Part shown: in pieces, positions 48,291 through 61,900 of the stretch
Layout: each line of letters starts with the position of its first letter
Position numbering within the stretch: position 1 is the stretch's first letter
From: the human T2T-CHM13v2.0 reference genome, Homo sapiens
NCBI RefSeq assembly: GCF_009914755.1
Contig: NC_060929.1
Reading direction: 5' to 3' (one strand)
DNA: 64,000 nt
Made by a program: the position numbers and the translations under genes
Notes under the pieces: model-generated
The model's database searches: none
Told to the model about the DNA's origin: nothing
The model's input: only the letters and a program-made list of their open reading frames with translations

Positions 48291-51200
48291 GAAGCAAAAT
48301 GTGCAAGTTTGCCCATTTGAATTATGTAACAAGGATATTATAAACAGCTTTTCAGAATTGCTTGTATTTCAGAATTGTCTTTTTAAAGAACATTTCTGGC
48401 ATAATGAAGTAGGAATGAAAAAGAAATGTGTCTTCTGGTTATGAAGTCTGAGGCTCAGTTTAGTTTTCTCTAACTCAGGACCACCTGATTTGCAACTGTC
48501 TCTTTCCTGAGACTCAGCCCAGACACGAGTACAGTGGGAAGAATATGGAGGCAAGGCCAGTTTGAGTGACAATCACTGGAGTTTCTACTAGGCCCACATC
48601 TCTACCTTTCTCCACTCACCCCTACCCTAAGGTACAGTAAAGATCTGGCACCTTCACAGCCTGCAGAGAATAGCAAAGGAAGGTTTTGAGGGAAAACAAG
48701 AAAGTTTTCTGAAAATACGGCGGTTCCTTTTGAACGTGGAAAGCAGATGATCTTTGTTTTGAGTTATGCTTCCCATCTTAGAATGGGATCCCATAAAGGT
48801 AGGCAGCCTTGTTGCCCCTGCCTCTGAGAGAAGCAAGGCCAGATGTGCACACATACACAAGTGCACATGTGTGTACATGCACACCCACATACACAGCCCA
48901 CAGGTCTTCCTTCCTTTGCTAAGCGTTTGCATTCTGAGCTCTTCCTGCTCAGACTCCTGAAGCCGGTGAAGACATGAGCTCTGCTTCCATGGACAGCATC
49001 CCTTAATCGTAATTTTCATTTTGGACCTGGTCTAATCAAGAGAGCCACCTCACCAGTATAATACTCATTTCTTCATTAGAATTATCTGAAGTTGCACCCT
49101 TGGTGATCCAATCACCCAGAGACTCAAAGGCAGGAGAAAAAGGCAAGTAATTAAAATACAAAAGACTGAAGAGGCAATTAATGGCATACATCATGATCAA
49201 TAAAGTGACAATTTAAAAAAAAACAAGCTTCCCACTGCACCCTGAGGCTAGCACAAGGAGTCTCTGTCAGTTTGGGGCAGGCAAAAATTCCTTTGGGCAA
49301 ATTTTGCCAAGACCTGCCAGGTTTTCACTCCTCACAGAAGGAATTTAGGAACTTACAGCAAGGCACTGCATTTTTTCTCTACTGTTGTGTGGATACCTTG
49401 GGCAAGAGATCATCTGAAAGGGGTGATTCTCAACCCTTTCTCTCCAAAACACATGTAAACATGGTGTTCACAAGCCTGGTGCACTCCTAAGGAAATATGC
49501 AGGTTTGATTTTTAAAATGAAGAGTTTGGGAGGAATTAATCTCTGTGATAATTGATAGCTGCCAAAGACTAATGGTACATCACCAGTGGCTGTTCCCTAC
49601 TGTCTCAGGCCAGCTGGACAGGCTGCAGCCCAACCACCACTCTTTAGGATGCTGGCACCTGCACCACTCAAGAAGGGATATTCTAAGGCAAGTGAGAAAG
49701 AGAAGAGTTCCATTGGGACAATCTTGAATCTGTCCAACTTGTAAAAAAAAAAATAAAGTTTATCTCTTAAAAATGTACTTAAGATAGTAGAAACAAATTT
49801 CTTGCCATGGTCCTCACAACTGGTTGAAATCCCACTGTGTGACACACTGTGGAAATTAAAAATGACTTTTCCCCAAAGAGTGCCTTAGGGGCTTCTTAGA
49901 CCACACTCAATCCTTTTAGTCATTCTTGCAAGGAAAGTGAACATCTGGCCTGAGGGTGGAGCCCAGGACCGTCAGCCCTACAGCCATTAACGCTGAGTGT
50001 TGACTATGAGCAGAGCCATGTGCTGGCTAATGTGGAGGGAGAGGTACAAATGGAAACAAAAGGCCTTATTCTTGTCTTTCAAGTGCTGATACTCTATAGG
50101 GATGGGCAAGACAAACACACATGAAAGACCAAAAGACCATTCTCAGCTTGGCTAAGGACTACCCCCAATTCTGCCTCAATTTATATGGTATTTCTATATC
50201 CCTAGAACTTAGCAGAATCTCCAGCACTGCAGCAGATTCCCAGCCTATGCTTGTTACATTAAAACCAAACATAAATAGCATAGTATACACAGGATCTGTG
50301 AGACAAAACAAAGTGGTCGATTAGATGACTGCTGGTAGCTTGAAAGAGGTTAGTTTGACAGTAGACTAATTGGGGAAAATAGGGGACGGCATTCTTTAAC
50401 GGAAAAAAAAAAGCATATGGGCAGACACATATGAATTTGGAAGGGAGGATGACATGAAGATAGGGCTCAAAGAAGTGGCCCCTGGCTTAGAGTAGGGGGA
50501 TCTCCAAATTGATGTAGGTCGTATTTCTGGAAACTATGTGAGAAGGCAGATGGCCTTCCAGCCAATTCCTATCCGAGTGCTTTCTACTCCCTTAGCCCAC
50601 GTGTGTATTGGCCAAAGGGAAGGAAGTGAAGTAGAGGTCTGTAGGGCAAAGCTGAGTGCATGGGATGTTTTGACCTTTGATGGGGAAGGAAAGATGCTGC
50701 CCTGACATGAGAACTGGGAGTGGTTACAGGAGGCTTGGTGGAGAAGGGAAGGTCTGGGATGGCCTTTGGGAACACCTGCTCTGGGAGAGTGGTTGCCATC
50801 TGCAGGAGCAGTTGAATTCCGGGATGGCTTTTGTACACCTGGTCTGACCCTAATGCATCCCTTTAGGGCCCTGAAGCAGAAATAAACAGGAAAGTATTAA
50901 GAAATATATGTATTCAGAAAAAGTAAAAGCAGAGGTTTACCTTGGGGAAATGTCATATAGTGTTGCACAATGCCAATGCCTCCGCTGCCCCCCAGAAGTT
51001 CACATGGTCTGAAGCCCTTATCTTTATGTTGGGCTTACTCTCCTCCCAGGCAAGGGTCTGGGTTTGGGTGGGTGGGCCTCCTAGCTGCCAGACTTGCTTT
51101 TGTGCTGTGAGCTCACCAGATACTGACCAGAGAATCTAGTGGAAATCCCCAGGTCCCAGAGCGGGGCCTGATAACGGCATAAAGATGCACTTTCTACAAT

Positions 51201-51705
51201 TTAAATGAGACTCTTTTCTCAGCCAGCTCACACTCATGAATCCTGCAAAAATTTCTTTCTGATCATAAGATGCCTGAACCTGTGACTAAAAGAAAATGGG
51301 TCAAATCCCATCCTAACAAATCTCAGGGGATGTTCCTATTCTTTGGTAGTCCTTCATGTTGCTTACATTGGGTATTTGCTTGAAGGAAGTAGGGCTTGGA
51401 TGACATCTGGTTCCACAGACTTTTGGAGGCAATTTGATGCAATTTGTTGTAATAGGATTTGCTCTGTACTAAATCTGAATGTCTGTGTTATTTCAATGGA
51501 TTTAATGAAGTTTTGTTTGTTTTTAAGATATACAATATATCATTTCTCATCCTGTCTTCTGTGGACTCCAGGTGGCAGTGATCAGGCAGGCTAATAATAA
51601 CAGTATGCTTTATAAGGAGGAATTATTTTGTCAAAGAGTTCAAATACAATCTCATTAATATCTTACCTTGGGGAAAGCTGGAGAGAGAGGAGATGAGTTG
51701 TTCTT

Positions 51706-51708
<3 letters not shown>

Positions 51709-51750
<42 letters not shown>
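51709..51750. repeat. (AC)21 microsatellite
   Basis: Perfect dinucleotide run. Confidence 0.98.
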
Positions 51751-51753
<3 letters not shown>

Positions 51754-51793
51754 AAAGCAGCTGTGATATAAGGACAACCTCACCAATACTGCC

Positions 51794-52298
51794 TGTGATG
51801 GTTAGTTTCCAAAGATGGTCCCCTCAATGGTTCATGCTTCACCTTAATCATGCTTTATGTACTCGCTTTTTCTTGATTCTGCCAGGTTCTGTGACTTGTG
51901 GTTGACCAGTGAAATGGGGCAGAAGTGACATTGTATGACTTCTAAAGCTTGCACATAAGAAGTCCTTGTAACACTCACTTTTGGGACACTACCCTAGGAA
52001 CCCAGCCACCACATAGTGAAAAGCCCAGCCCATGCAGAGATGACACACCCAGGTGCTCCAGTCAACAGCCCCAGGTGACAGCCAGCATCGATTAGCAGCC
52101 TTGTGAATGAGTCATCTTGGACTTTCAGCCCAACTGAACCTTCAGATGACTCCAACCCCAGCCACCATCTGCCCACAACAGGGTGAGACAGCCTGAGTGA
52201 ACACTGCTCAGCTGAGCCATGGAACTGTCAGAAAAATTAATACAGTAAGTCTCTAAGCTTTGACATAGTTTATTAGATCGCCATAGATAACCAAACCA
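51794..52298 (+). mobile_element. MLT1G/H-like MaLR LTR
   Basis: tgtgatggttagtttccaaagatgg...ggcagaagtgacattgtatgacttc...gaacccagccaccac...ccttcagatgactccaaccccagcc...atagataacc. Confidence 0.82.
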
Positions 52299-52584
52299 CC
52301 ACTCTCAACATTTGAGTAGATGCTGCTCTAGAAAGCATAGTCTAGCCTCCTTGGAACAGCTGTTGCAGACAGGAATCTCTAAACAAGGTTTCCTTGGTGC
52401 CTTTTGGAGAGGTCTTCCGTGTTGTTTCTCCTAGCCCCGGACTTCCTTACTCACTTGCTTCAGAAAAGGCGAATCTCCTGTCTATGGGAAGGCAGCATAG
52501 TGGTGGTCGGGAGGTAGTGAAAGTAAAGTGGGAAATAAGTGGCAACTTTCTCAGGTAAATCCCTAATGGGCCCCATTTTCAGCT

Positions 52585-52885
52585 AATGTGTACAAACTCA
52601 AATGCCCACAAGGGCTAGACAGGCAAGGCGACAGAATGACGACAGCACGAGGCACTCGGGAGTAGTGAAGACTGTGTTGAATCAGTGAGCACGAGACTGT
52701 CTACAAGGGGCAGCTGCTATGGCCCCAGGTGGCCATTGTGGCCACTATTGCCAGGTCTTCTAATTTTTGAAGTGAAGTTAGAAATCTATTTTTTAATATA
52801 AAATTTTGGCAACAAATGTTATATGTTTTAAAACACCATGTTAATACAGCATACTTGGAGGTCAGGGGCTGCTATTTGGATGCCG
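52585..52885 (+). mobile_element. MER102-like hAT-Charlie element
   Basis: acaaactcaaatgcccacaagggctagacagg...ttgccaggtcttctaatttttgaagtgaagttagaaatc...ttggcaac. Confidence 0.65.
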
Positions 52886-54140
52886 CTACCATAAAGGGTA
52901 GGATGAAATCCAAGCCACCCTCACCTCAGCCCCTATCCCCTTCCAAGGAGAATAATAATACTCTCATCTGTGTAGTATGTTGTGATTTACAAAGTGCATT
53001 CATGTCCACATTTGAATTGAACTTCTCAATAAGGAGAAATAGGTGAGCCAGGCATCTTTTTGAAGTCCCTCACTTAAGAAAACAGGCTCAGGGAGTGAGC
53101 CTGCCTGAGTGGGCACTGCTGAGGCAGAGGACTACAGCTCACACCATTTCTACTCTATCTGGACAGAGGGATAGGGGTGGGGGGCAGTTGAGCCCTGCGA
53201 ATGTATTGAAACTGTGATAGTGAAAGCAATTCTAGGCAGCTAAGAGACAGAGAGGAGGAGAGCTGAACAAGGTGAGAAGCTGCTTTAAGAACCATCTGAA
53301 GTCCCCTGGATCTTATGTTCCATAGTCAGGATTGACAGCCTTGACTTTCTCCAGAAAAAAGAGATGAGTGCTGGTGTCTTCAAGCTTGGCTGAGGGCTGG
53401 GCTATGGCAGATGCCCTCCTTGTTGTGTGTGATCACTGAATCTGAATAGCTATGACCTCAGGTTTAAGGCTCTTGAGGGAACCTGGAGAGATAAAGGGAC
53501 CTGAATCCATTCCCTTCCACAGGCATAGCAAGGGACTCCATTCTGGATCCTTGTGGCTCCCATCCCATCTTTCTCTGGGCTAAAGCAGGCTATGGGAGGC
53601 CTCTGAAGGTCAACAGGTCCCTTATGGCCAACATGTGTGGGTGGATAGGAGGGAACGGGCTTCTTCATCCCAACAAAATATCTAAGACTGAACCCAGAAG
53701 ATTCTGAATCCTAGATTTCTGATGAGGACAAGGAGGCCACTCTGGGGCCAGACTCTGACCTTCCAGTTTCCAAACCTCTGGAGAGGACTTTTTCCCGGTG
53801 CCCGCTGCCCCACCACACAGTGCGCCCTTCAAAGTCCGGCCCGTTACCTTATCTCTCGTGGGTCCCTGTTGGACACAATGCTACAAACGACAAACAAAAC
53901 AAGGAAAAGTAGCACAGAAAATGTCACATATGTAGAAATAGAGACTTCAAATTATTGTACTTTATTCTCCCATTCCCAACCAACATTCCTCTCCCGGAGA
54001 GTACAAGCAGGACATATACCCTCCCCTACCTCAGCCTCCTCCCCACTCACCTACTGTCCAGGCTTCCCAGCCATCTTCCTTCATGAGCTGCAGTGAGCTG
54101 GCTTTGATGCAAACAGCAAATATATGAGAAAACACCTTTT

Positions 54141-55364
54141 GTTTTTTAAAAATTTTACTTTAAGTTCTGGGATACATGAACAGAACATGCAGGTTTGTTA
54201 CATAGGTATACATGTGCCATGGTGATTTGCTGCACCTATAAACCCATCATCTAGGTTTTAAGCCCCACATGCATTAGGTATTTGTCCTAATGCTCTCCCT
54301 CCTCTTGCCCTCCACCACCCGACAGGCCCTGGTGTGTGTTGTTCCCCTCCCTGTGTCCATGTGTTCTCATTGTTCAACTCCCACTTATGAGTGAGAACAT
54401 GTGGTGTTTGGTTTTCTGTTCCTTTGTTAGTTTGCTGAGAATGATGACTTCCAGTTTCATCCATGTCCCTGCAAAGGACACGAACTCATTCTCTTTTATG
54501 GCTGCATAGTATTCATGGTGTATATGTGCCACATTTTCTTTATGCAGTCTATCATTGATGGGCATTTGGGTTGGTTCCAAGTCTTTGCTATTGTGAATAG
54601 TGCTGCAATAAACATACGTGTGCATATGTCTTTATAGTAGAATGATTTATAATCCTTTGGATATATACCCAGTAATGGGATGGCTGGGTCAAATGGTATT
54701 TCTGGTTCTAGATCCTGAAGGAATTGCCACACTGTCTCCCACAGTGGTTGAACTAATCTACACTCCCACCAACAGTGTAAAAGCATTCCTATTTCTCCAC
54801 ATCCTCTCCAGCATCTGTTGTTTCCTGACTTTTTAATAATTGCCATTCTAGCTGGCATGAGATGGTATCTCATTGTGGTTTTGATTTGCATTTCTCTAAT
54901 GACCAATGATGATGAACTTTTTTTCATATGTCTGTTGGCTGCATAAATGTCTTCTTTTGAGAAGTGTCTGTTCATATCCTTCACCCACTTTTTGATGGGG
55001 TTTTTTTTCTTGTAAATTTGTTTAAGTTCCTCACAGATTCTGGATATTAGACCTTTGTCAAATGGGCAAATTGCAAAAATTTTCTCCCATTCTGTAGGTT
55101 GCCTGTTCACTCTGATGGTAGTTTCTTTTGTTGTGCAGAAGCTCTTTAGTTTAGTCAGATCCCATTTATCAATTTTGGTTTTTGTTGCAATTGCTTTTGG
55201 CATTTTTGTTATGAAGTCGTTGTCCATGCCTATGTCCTGAATGGGATTGCCTAGGTTTTCTTCTAGGGTTTTTACGGTTTTTGGTTTTACATTTAAGTCT
55301 TTAATTTTTGTATAAGGTATAAGTAAGGGGTCCAGTTTCTATTTTCTGCATATGGCTAGCCAGT
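54141..55364 (-). mobile_element. 5'-truncated L1PA7-10-like element with TSD
   Basis: 3' UTR gatacatg...caggtttgttacataggtatacatgtgccatgg...ctaggttttaagcccc. Perfect 13-bp TSD gaaaacacctttt at 54128-54140 and 55366-55378. Confidence 0.96.
54496..55227 (-). pseudogene. L1 ORF2p C-terminal (Cys-rich/CCHC) remnant, 243-aa open frame
   Basis: [15 protein letters not shown]...[19 protein letters not shown]...[20 protein letters not shown]. It has no endonuclease or RT domain and no promoter. Confidence 0.93.
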
Positions 55365-55894
55365 GGAAAACACCTTTTCTAAGAGGGGTTCAGGTTGCCT
55401 GGCCACGCCTAGGGCTTAGCACATCCAGCCACCTTACACATAGACCACTGGGGGTCACAAAGCCATGGCTCCAGTACTCTGTTGGTGTCTCATTCTGCCC
55501 TTGGCCTCGGGGACCAAAGACAAAAGCTGATCACTCTTACCTGGCTATTGGATATGCCTTACTCCCAATAGCACTCTCAGGAAGAGAAACTCACATTTAG
55601 GATGACAATGGGCCAGCATGGCCACCTCATCCCCTATTTAATCAGACTATCAGCCTGTGAGTTGGCCATTGCTGTACCTGGTCAGTTAGTTAGAGGCTGT
55701 GTAGATTGTTCAGGATTGTACAGATTTATAAGTGGCCCAGTAAATATATGAACCCAGGTGAGTCTGCACCCAAAACTATTCCCTTTCCCCAAATTCAGGC
55801 CTAGATATCAGTGCTACTCTTTTTACAGCCAGTGCTACAAAGGGCAACAGTGCAAGCCGTGAACTGCCTAGCTCTAGAGAGCACTGTTGTGGTG

Positions 55895-55961
55895 GTCTGT
55901 GCCAATAGCCCTCCCTAGAGCTGTGCGGTGCACAATCTGCACACCACAGGTGGCAGCCCTG
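55895..55961. mobile_element. MER91-like hAT-Tip100 fragment
   Basis: ctagagctgtgcggtgcacaatctgcacaccacaggtggcagccctg. Confidence 0.5.
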
Positions 55962-57989
55962 CCCCCGGCTGCAGCAAAAAGAAATTTCAGCCAAATAAAA
56001 AATTCTTTTTGGGGATCCCTGAGATAAAGTGTTTAATCAGCTACCTCAAACTTGGTCTTCTATGAAACATCACACTATTTTTTTTGGTTTAACAGAAATT
56101 TCAGTTTTCAAGTTGTTGTTACTTATTAATTGATGTATGTATCTCATCTGCACCCAAGGAGTTTATGACCATCAACTTACAACACCTACCTTGGAACCAG
56201 AAGGAGCCAAGCTTTGCCTTCTAGGAATTGAACTTGTGTTGTGAGAGTCTGCTCAGCTGAATTGGGGGCTAAGGAGTCATTGCCACAAGCAAAGAAAAAC
56301 AAACAAACAAACAAAATAGAAAACAAAAAACAATCTAGATAGGCATAGTTCAGCTCCTTCCAGTGCACCTGACCAGAAGCTGGCAAGAAGAGCCAGGGGT
56401 CCGACACATCCTGCAGGCTAGCCTAGGGAAGGAGAGCTGTTAGTTCCCCAGGATGAACTCCTGGAGGAAAGTTTCTAATCAGAAGAGAAGGCTCTGGCAT
56501 CAGACACAGGAAGGGAAGCAATGAAAATGTGTGAGGAGGTATCATGTCTGAAAAGAGAGTGTGATGTGCCAGGCAGGATTTTTAATATTCAGATTGAAAC
56601 GGGTTTTAGATACGACTTGGCATCATCGACAATAATCCACTTTAATTCAATTTGCCATAAAAAGATGCCACTTTTGCTTTTTACATAGACACATGAGAAA
56701 ATGCTATGCTTGCCTTGCTGAGTGCCTTGACTACACTCCTGTGGCCAGAACACACTCCACAGGGAAGGCCCCCTGGATCTGGCCATGGTAGCTGTGTCAG
56801 CTGTGGCTCTCTCCTAATCCATGAGGCTCCAGTCACTATACTTAGTTCTATTATTTTCCTTGGAAGATGCTTCTGAGGGTTCACTGCCTCACAGGGATAA
56901 AATGATATCCAAACTATGATCATAAATTGTTCCTTGCTTCATTTCACTTTCTCCTGGCACCTGCCAGGCCACCAAGATAAAGAGAGCTTCTCCAATGCAG
57001 CCTGTTATCACGAACCCAGAAAGGCAATCCACGTTCAGTTCACCTAACTGCTCTGGATTTCCTGTTTCTAAATACACAATATTAATTTGTACATAGTACA
57101 TGTTGCCTCCATAGCCAATGGGATCAGACGAACAACTGGAATGTTAGCCATTCTGTGCCTGTATTCCATGGAGATTAAGAAAAAATTGCAGATCTAGAAA
57201 CAATATGTGCAAGGGTGGTCTCCTGGCAATTTGCAGCCAATTACAAGTGTACATTGCTTTGCACAATGGATGTGCTACTGAAAAGGTTATATGCAAATCA
57301 AATTTTTGTAAATTGAATTATATTTAACATGCACCAAGGGAACTGGCTATTTTAGGGACACCAAAGTTGAATTCATTTTGTGGAGCAGGGAACCCTTTGT
57401 AAAGCAAATTACCATCCTTCAATTCATATATTCTTTGATAAGGTCAGGTTTTATTATTTGGGATTTTTTTGAACTAGAGCATACCTACAGTGTTAAAATG
57501 GTAATAATAAGATATTTAGGGCCTTCAGCAAATTCTAGAAGTAAGAGAAGGAGAGATGAAAACTAACTGAATTTCCTTTTAAAGAAAGGAATGAACTGGA
57601 AAAAAGAGGAGATGTTCCAGCATCAATTGGCTGGAACGCCCATAGTGCTATTCTTATTTCTGTTTTGAACCCAGCTGACTCACCTCAGCCATGGCTCTCT
57701 GTGCCTGTGTTACATTATTCCATTTTGGAATTGCAGCCTTCTAGACTGGTAAAGTTAGAGTGGAAAATGACAACCAGCCTCACCAGGGCCTTGTTAAACC
57801 TTCAGTACTCTTATCACAGGGCCTGGGGCCCATCAGCTTTTTAAGGGCCCACGCAACTGTCTGAGACCTGAAAGAACACAAAGAAAAACTGCAAATCAAA
57901 ATTAATAAATGTTAATTAAAGAGCTACAAAATGTAACACTGTGTCAACTTCATTAATTGTTAAGTTTGTTATTCATAAAATTTTGATTA

Positions 57990-58970
57990 CCCAAGAATTT
58001 GAAAGGAAGAAACAAAACTATCACTCTTCATAGCTGCTATAATGGTCCACATAAAAAATCCAAGGGAATCTATGCACAAACTGTATTGGTCAATAGAGCC
58101 TGGATTATACTGAGGTAACAAACCCTGAAATGTCAGGGACTTAACACAATAGTAGTTTATTTCCTTCTCATGCAGTTTGTTGAGGTTCTGAGCCATGTGG
58201 TGATTCATCAATTCAAACTCTGCCACCTAAACACTAGGCGTTTATGTCCGTATAAGCAGAAGAAAGGGACCAAAAAATAATGCAAGAGCTTTTCATTGCC
58301 TTAGCCCGGAAGTAACAGCATCACGTTCACTCTTATTTCATTGGCTGTAACTGGTCACATTTTCCCTGGCTGCAGGGTACCTGGGAGGTATAGTGTTTTC
58401 TATGTCCGGGGAGACCTGGTGATGTCTACCATGTATGCTATTAAAATTGATTAGAGCTCAGTAAGATCAATATACCCAAACCAAAAGCATTCATGTATAC
58501 CTGTAACAAACAATTAGAACATGTAAATTTAAATAAATACCAATTTAAAATGCAACAAATGCCATTAGGCACCTAGGAACAAATCTGACAAAAGATATGA
58601 CAGATTTTTGTAGAGGTTATCATAAAACTTTATTGATAGATGGAAAAGATGTCAGTCCCCTCCAAATCAATTTGTAAATTAAGTGGCAATTTTGATTGAA
58701 ACACAAATAGGGTTTTTAATGGTGGTTTGTAAGCTGATACTAAAAATTTACATGGAATACTAAATAAGACAATTTTACAGAAGGGAAAGAAAGGCTATGG
58801 GTGGCTGGCAGTGTGGTTGTATTCTCACAGGCAGAGATAAGCAGAAAAATATTACAAAACAGAAATAAGCCCTTGTATACATGTGAACCTGGTATTTGAC
58901 AAGAGTGGCATTATGAATCAGTGAAGGCAGGGGCTAACTGGGTGTTGGGATAATTGGATATGGAAAAAAA
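57990..58970 (+). mobile_element. Old L1ME-type ORF2 fragment interrupted by an MLT1J-like LTR
   Basis: gaaaggaagaaacaaaactatcactcttca...aagatcaatatac...acctaggaacaaatctgacaaaagatatg...aagctgatactaaaattta. Confidence 0.7.
58082..58432 (-). mobile_element. MLT1J-like MaLR LTR
   Basis: tgtattggtcaa...gtaacaaaccctgaaatgtcagggacttaacacaa...cccggaagtaacagcatcac...atttcattggc...ggtcacat. Confidence 0.72.
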
Positions 58971-61900
58971 TGATTATGGTTTGTAAATATTTGTAAATAT
59001 TTGATGTAAATAAAATAATTTCAAAACACAAAAATATGCAAGTTTCTTCTTTTTTTACAGCAAAAATGATATTTTTAGTGTGCAATGGGCATATTTTAAT
59101 ATGCTTTATATGATATGGGATGGGCCTTTAAGAATAAGAAGGGTTTATCAAAGTAATAAATCCTGTTTCTGTAATTGAATTTTCTCTGTTTGGTCCCCAC
59201 TAAATATCATGAGGTCATTGTTTTTATACTTCCAGGAATGATCTTGGGGAATCAACAGCTCTCCAGAGAGCCCACTTCATCTTGTCTTTGGTATGGAGCA
59301 AGATGGAGCAGTAGGGGATGTACAGTGAGAGGTATATTACAAGCTGCACACCTGCCCCTGTTTGTGCAGATTTGGTGACTCCATGGGCTAGGGCCTGTTG
59401 AAGACTATTGACATGAAGGGCAGCAGAACTTTCTGAAAGGAAACCACTTTAAGGAAGAGAAAGTCAAGGACTCCAGATTGATCAGAAGACTAAATCATGG
59501 GGAAAAGGAGGGAGTGATTGTGAATCTCTTACTGTGCATTGCTCAGGTTGACTTTCTTTTTTAATGGATTATTCCAGAACAAAACTGAGTCTTCCTTGCC
59601 AGTTTCCTATAATTCACCACCCCCAGCACTTCAGCCTTATCTACTGAGCAGCTTCTTCCTGCTCCAAGGGGGCACACTGTCTAACCCCATCACACTTTCA
59701 GAGTTGCTCTTGTTCCCTACTTACCCCCGCCACCAATCAATGGCCATCCACCAGAAGGCCAGTGCAGGTGTCCAGATTATTCTTCTTTCCCAGAAGACTG
59801 GAGAGAACCACAGACAGAGGCTTTCTCTGGAAGATAGGAGAACCCAGGAAAAAAGGAGAGGATTCTAGAATATCCGACTGGGGAAATTCACAGAACATTT
59901 CACTTTCCTCCTTTTTACTTAGAGCTGTCCTGTCTGCTCCAACAGCACACAGATGCAGGCTGTGTGAAGAGCCCAGTTGCCCTCCATGACCATGGCATAA
60001 CGGTGTGTCCAGCTTCGTGGGGCACGGAGCACCACTCTCATAGGAACTAAGCAACCTGCCTAGCAACATTCTCACAGGAGGTATTTTCTGGTCTTTATCT
60101 GGGAATATCAGAATACAGTCTTAGCCTTTTCAGCAATGGTGTAAGAAAGCAATAGTCCCACATGAGAGTCAAGTGAGTGGTGGGGGAGGTATTTGGAGTG
60201 GAGACAGCTCACTAACTTATACAGGGTTTCCCAGGGTGATGCTTTGAAAGCCAGCATTCATCTGTATCGATGAGGTATAACAACAAAATATTGTGAATGA
60301 TTTTTGTCATTGGCATGACCTTATAAGATGGTAACCATAGAATTAGACAAAACAATAAGAGGTTTAATTACGAGTTGTTTAAATACCTCTTTGACTTGTG
60401 GCTCTAGCATAAAGAAATAGAAAAAAAAACTATAGAATGAAGTAATAAACAGCAAAGTTGAATCCAAGCAGGTAGTCAAGCAATATGCAGGAATCAGAAA
60501 TTTTAAATCAGACTCAAATATTAGGTAATGATATAATTCAAACATTTCAAAAGTATTGACATAGCAACTATAAAGTTGGGATGGATTTTACATGTCCCCA
60601 TCAGTCATAGACACAAATCCAGCTGGCATTCTCGCCTATGGCCTCTTTAATCACTAAAAATCCCAATTTTGCTAAAAATGCAGCCCAAAAAATGGCTCAT
60701 GAAGGTTACTGAAAAAATTTTGGAATAACATAATTTTTTCTTAGTGAATATGCATCTTTAAACCCCAGGAAGATTTAGAAGTAAGTACATATGTATAGAT
60801 ATTAAGAAAATAAATTTTCTAATATTAATATTTGGGTATTTAGGAGAAATATATGCATATTTAGTATTTTTGGAACTTGTAATTATGAACAGAATTTAGC
60901 TTATTAGAATAATAAGTCAGCATTACAAATCCAATTTAAAATGAGTAGACTTATAATTTTAAGCTGAAACCTTTTTAGAAAAATGTGTGTACTAGTCAAA
61001 GGTTATATTTTAAAAGAAAATGAATATATTAAATTTATATGCTCAGTTTAAAAGGCTTAGAAGATTTATTCATTAATTTGTAAATCAGATCAAAAATTAG
61101 TCAAAGGCTCCCTAAAATTTACTAAATTTTGTAATAAAAATATTATTTGTAAGTTGGGTTTGAAAGGCAAATACTTTTAAAAGGAATAACCTTAATAAAC
61201 TAAGTATTAATTTTCAAAACAAAAATAACTCCCTGAATAATCTTTCCTGAGCTCCCAAAGTTGCATCAAAGGCACAAAAAACTCTTATTAATCTTTTAAA
61301 AAAAATAAATTAAAGCTTTCACATGAAGTAAGTACTATCCTTTAAAATAGTCCCCTCAGAGGTCCCACACGTAAGTAATGCTTCTAATGCTCAAAACCCT
61401 CTTCAGACTCACCTTTGAGATTACTTTCCCAGCCAGTTTAAATTCTTTTTCTCTTTGTCAAACCCATTCAAGTGTCTTATAGTTGGATGATAAAATTATC
61501 TATCACCAAACTTAACATGCCATCACACCTAGGTACCTGCAGTTTAACATGGTCAACCCAAAAGAATGAATATCAGATGTGGTGAAAGAGTGTTTCTTCT
61601 CCAAAGGTACTCTTGGGACCTCTCCAATCATACCTCTTAGGCAACTGACTTCTCTCTCTTCCGGAAGAGTCAAGAGAAGCATTTCTAGCTGGAACTCAAT
61701 TTATGCACAGATTAGAACTGAAACTAAAAATTACCAAAGGTTTGGATTGAGGTTGTTGATCCAGGGGCGCTCACAGCAGTGAGGATGTACGAGGGATCAT
61801 GGTTGGGCTTGGAGGTTCTTAAATGTTGACACTGTGGGAGCGCTGTTCAAAGCCACTGCAAGAAGCAAAAGCAGGTAGTGCTTGCTGCTGGACAGGGACA

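Noticed and set aside
58981-59012. ttgtaaatat tandem repeat
   Set aside because: An ordinary short slippage duplication in AT-rich DNA. There is no repeat-spacer pattern, and nothing CRISPR-like occurs anywhere in the window.
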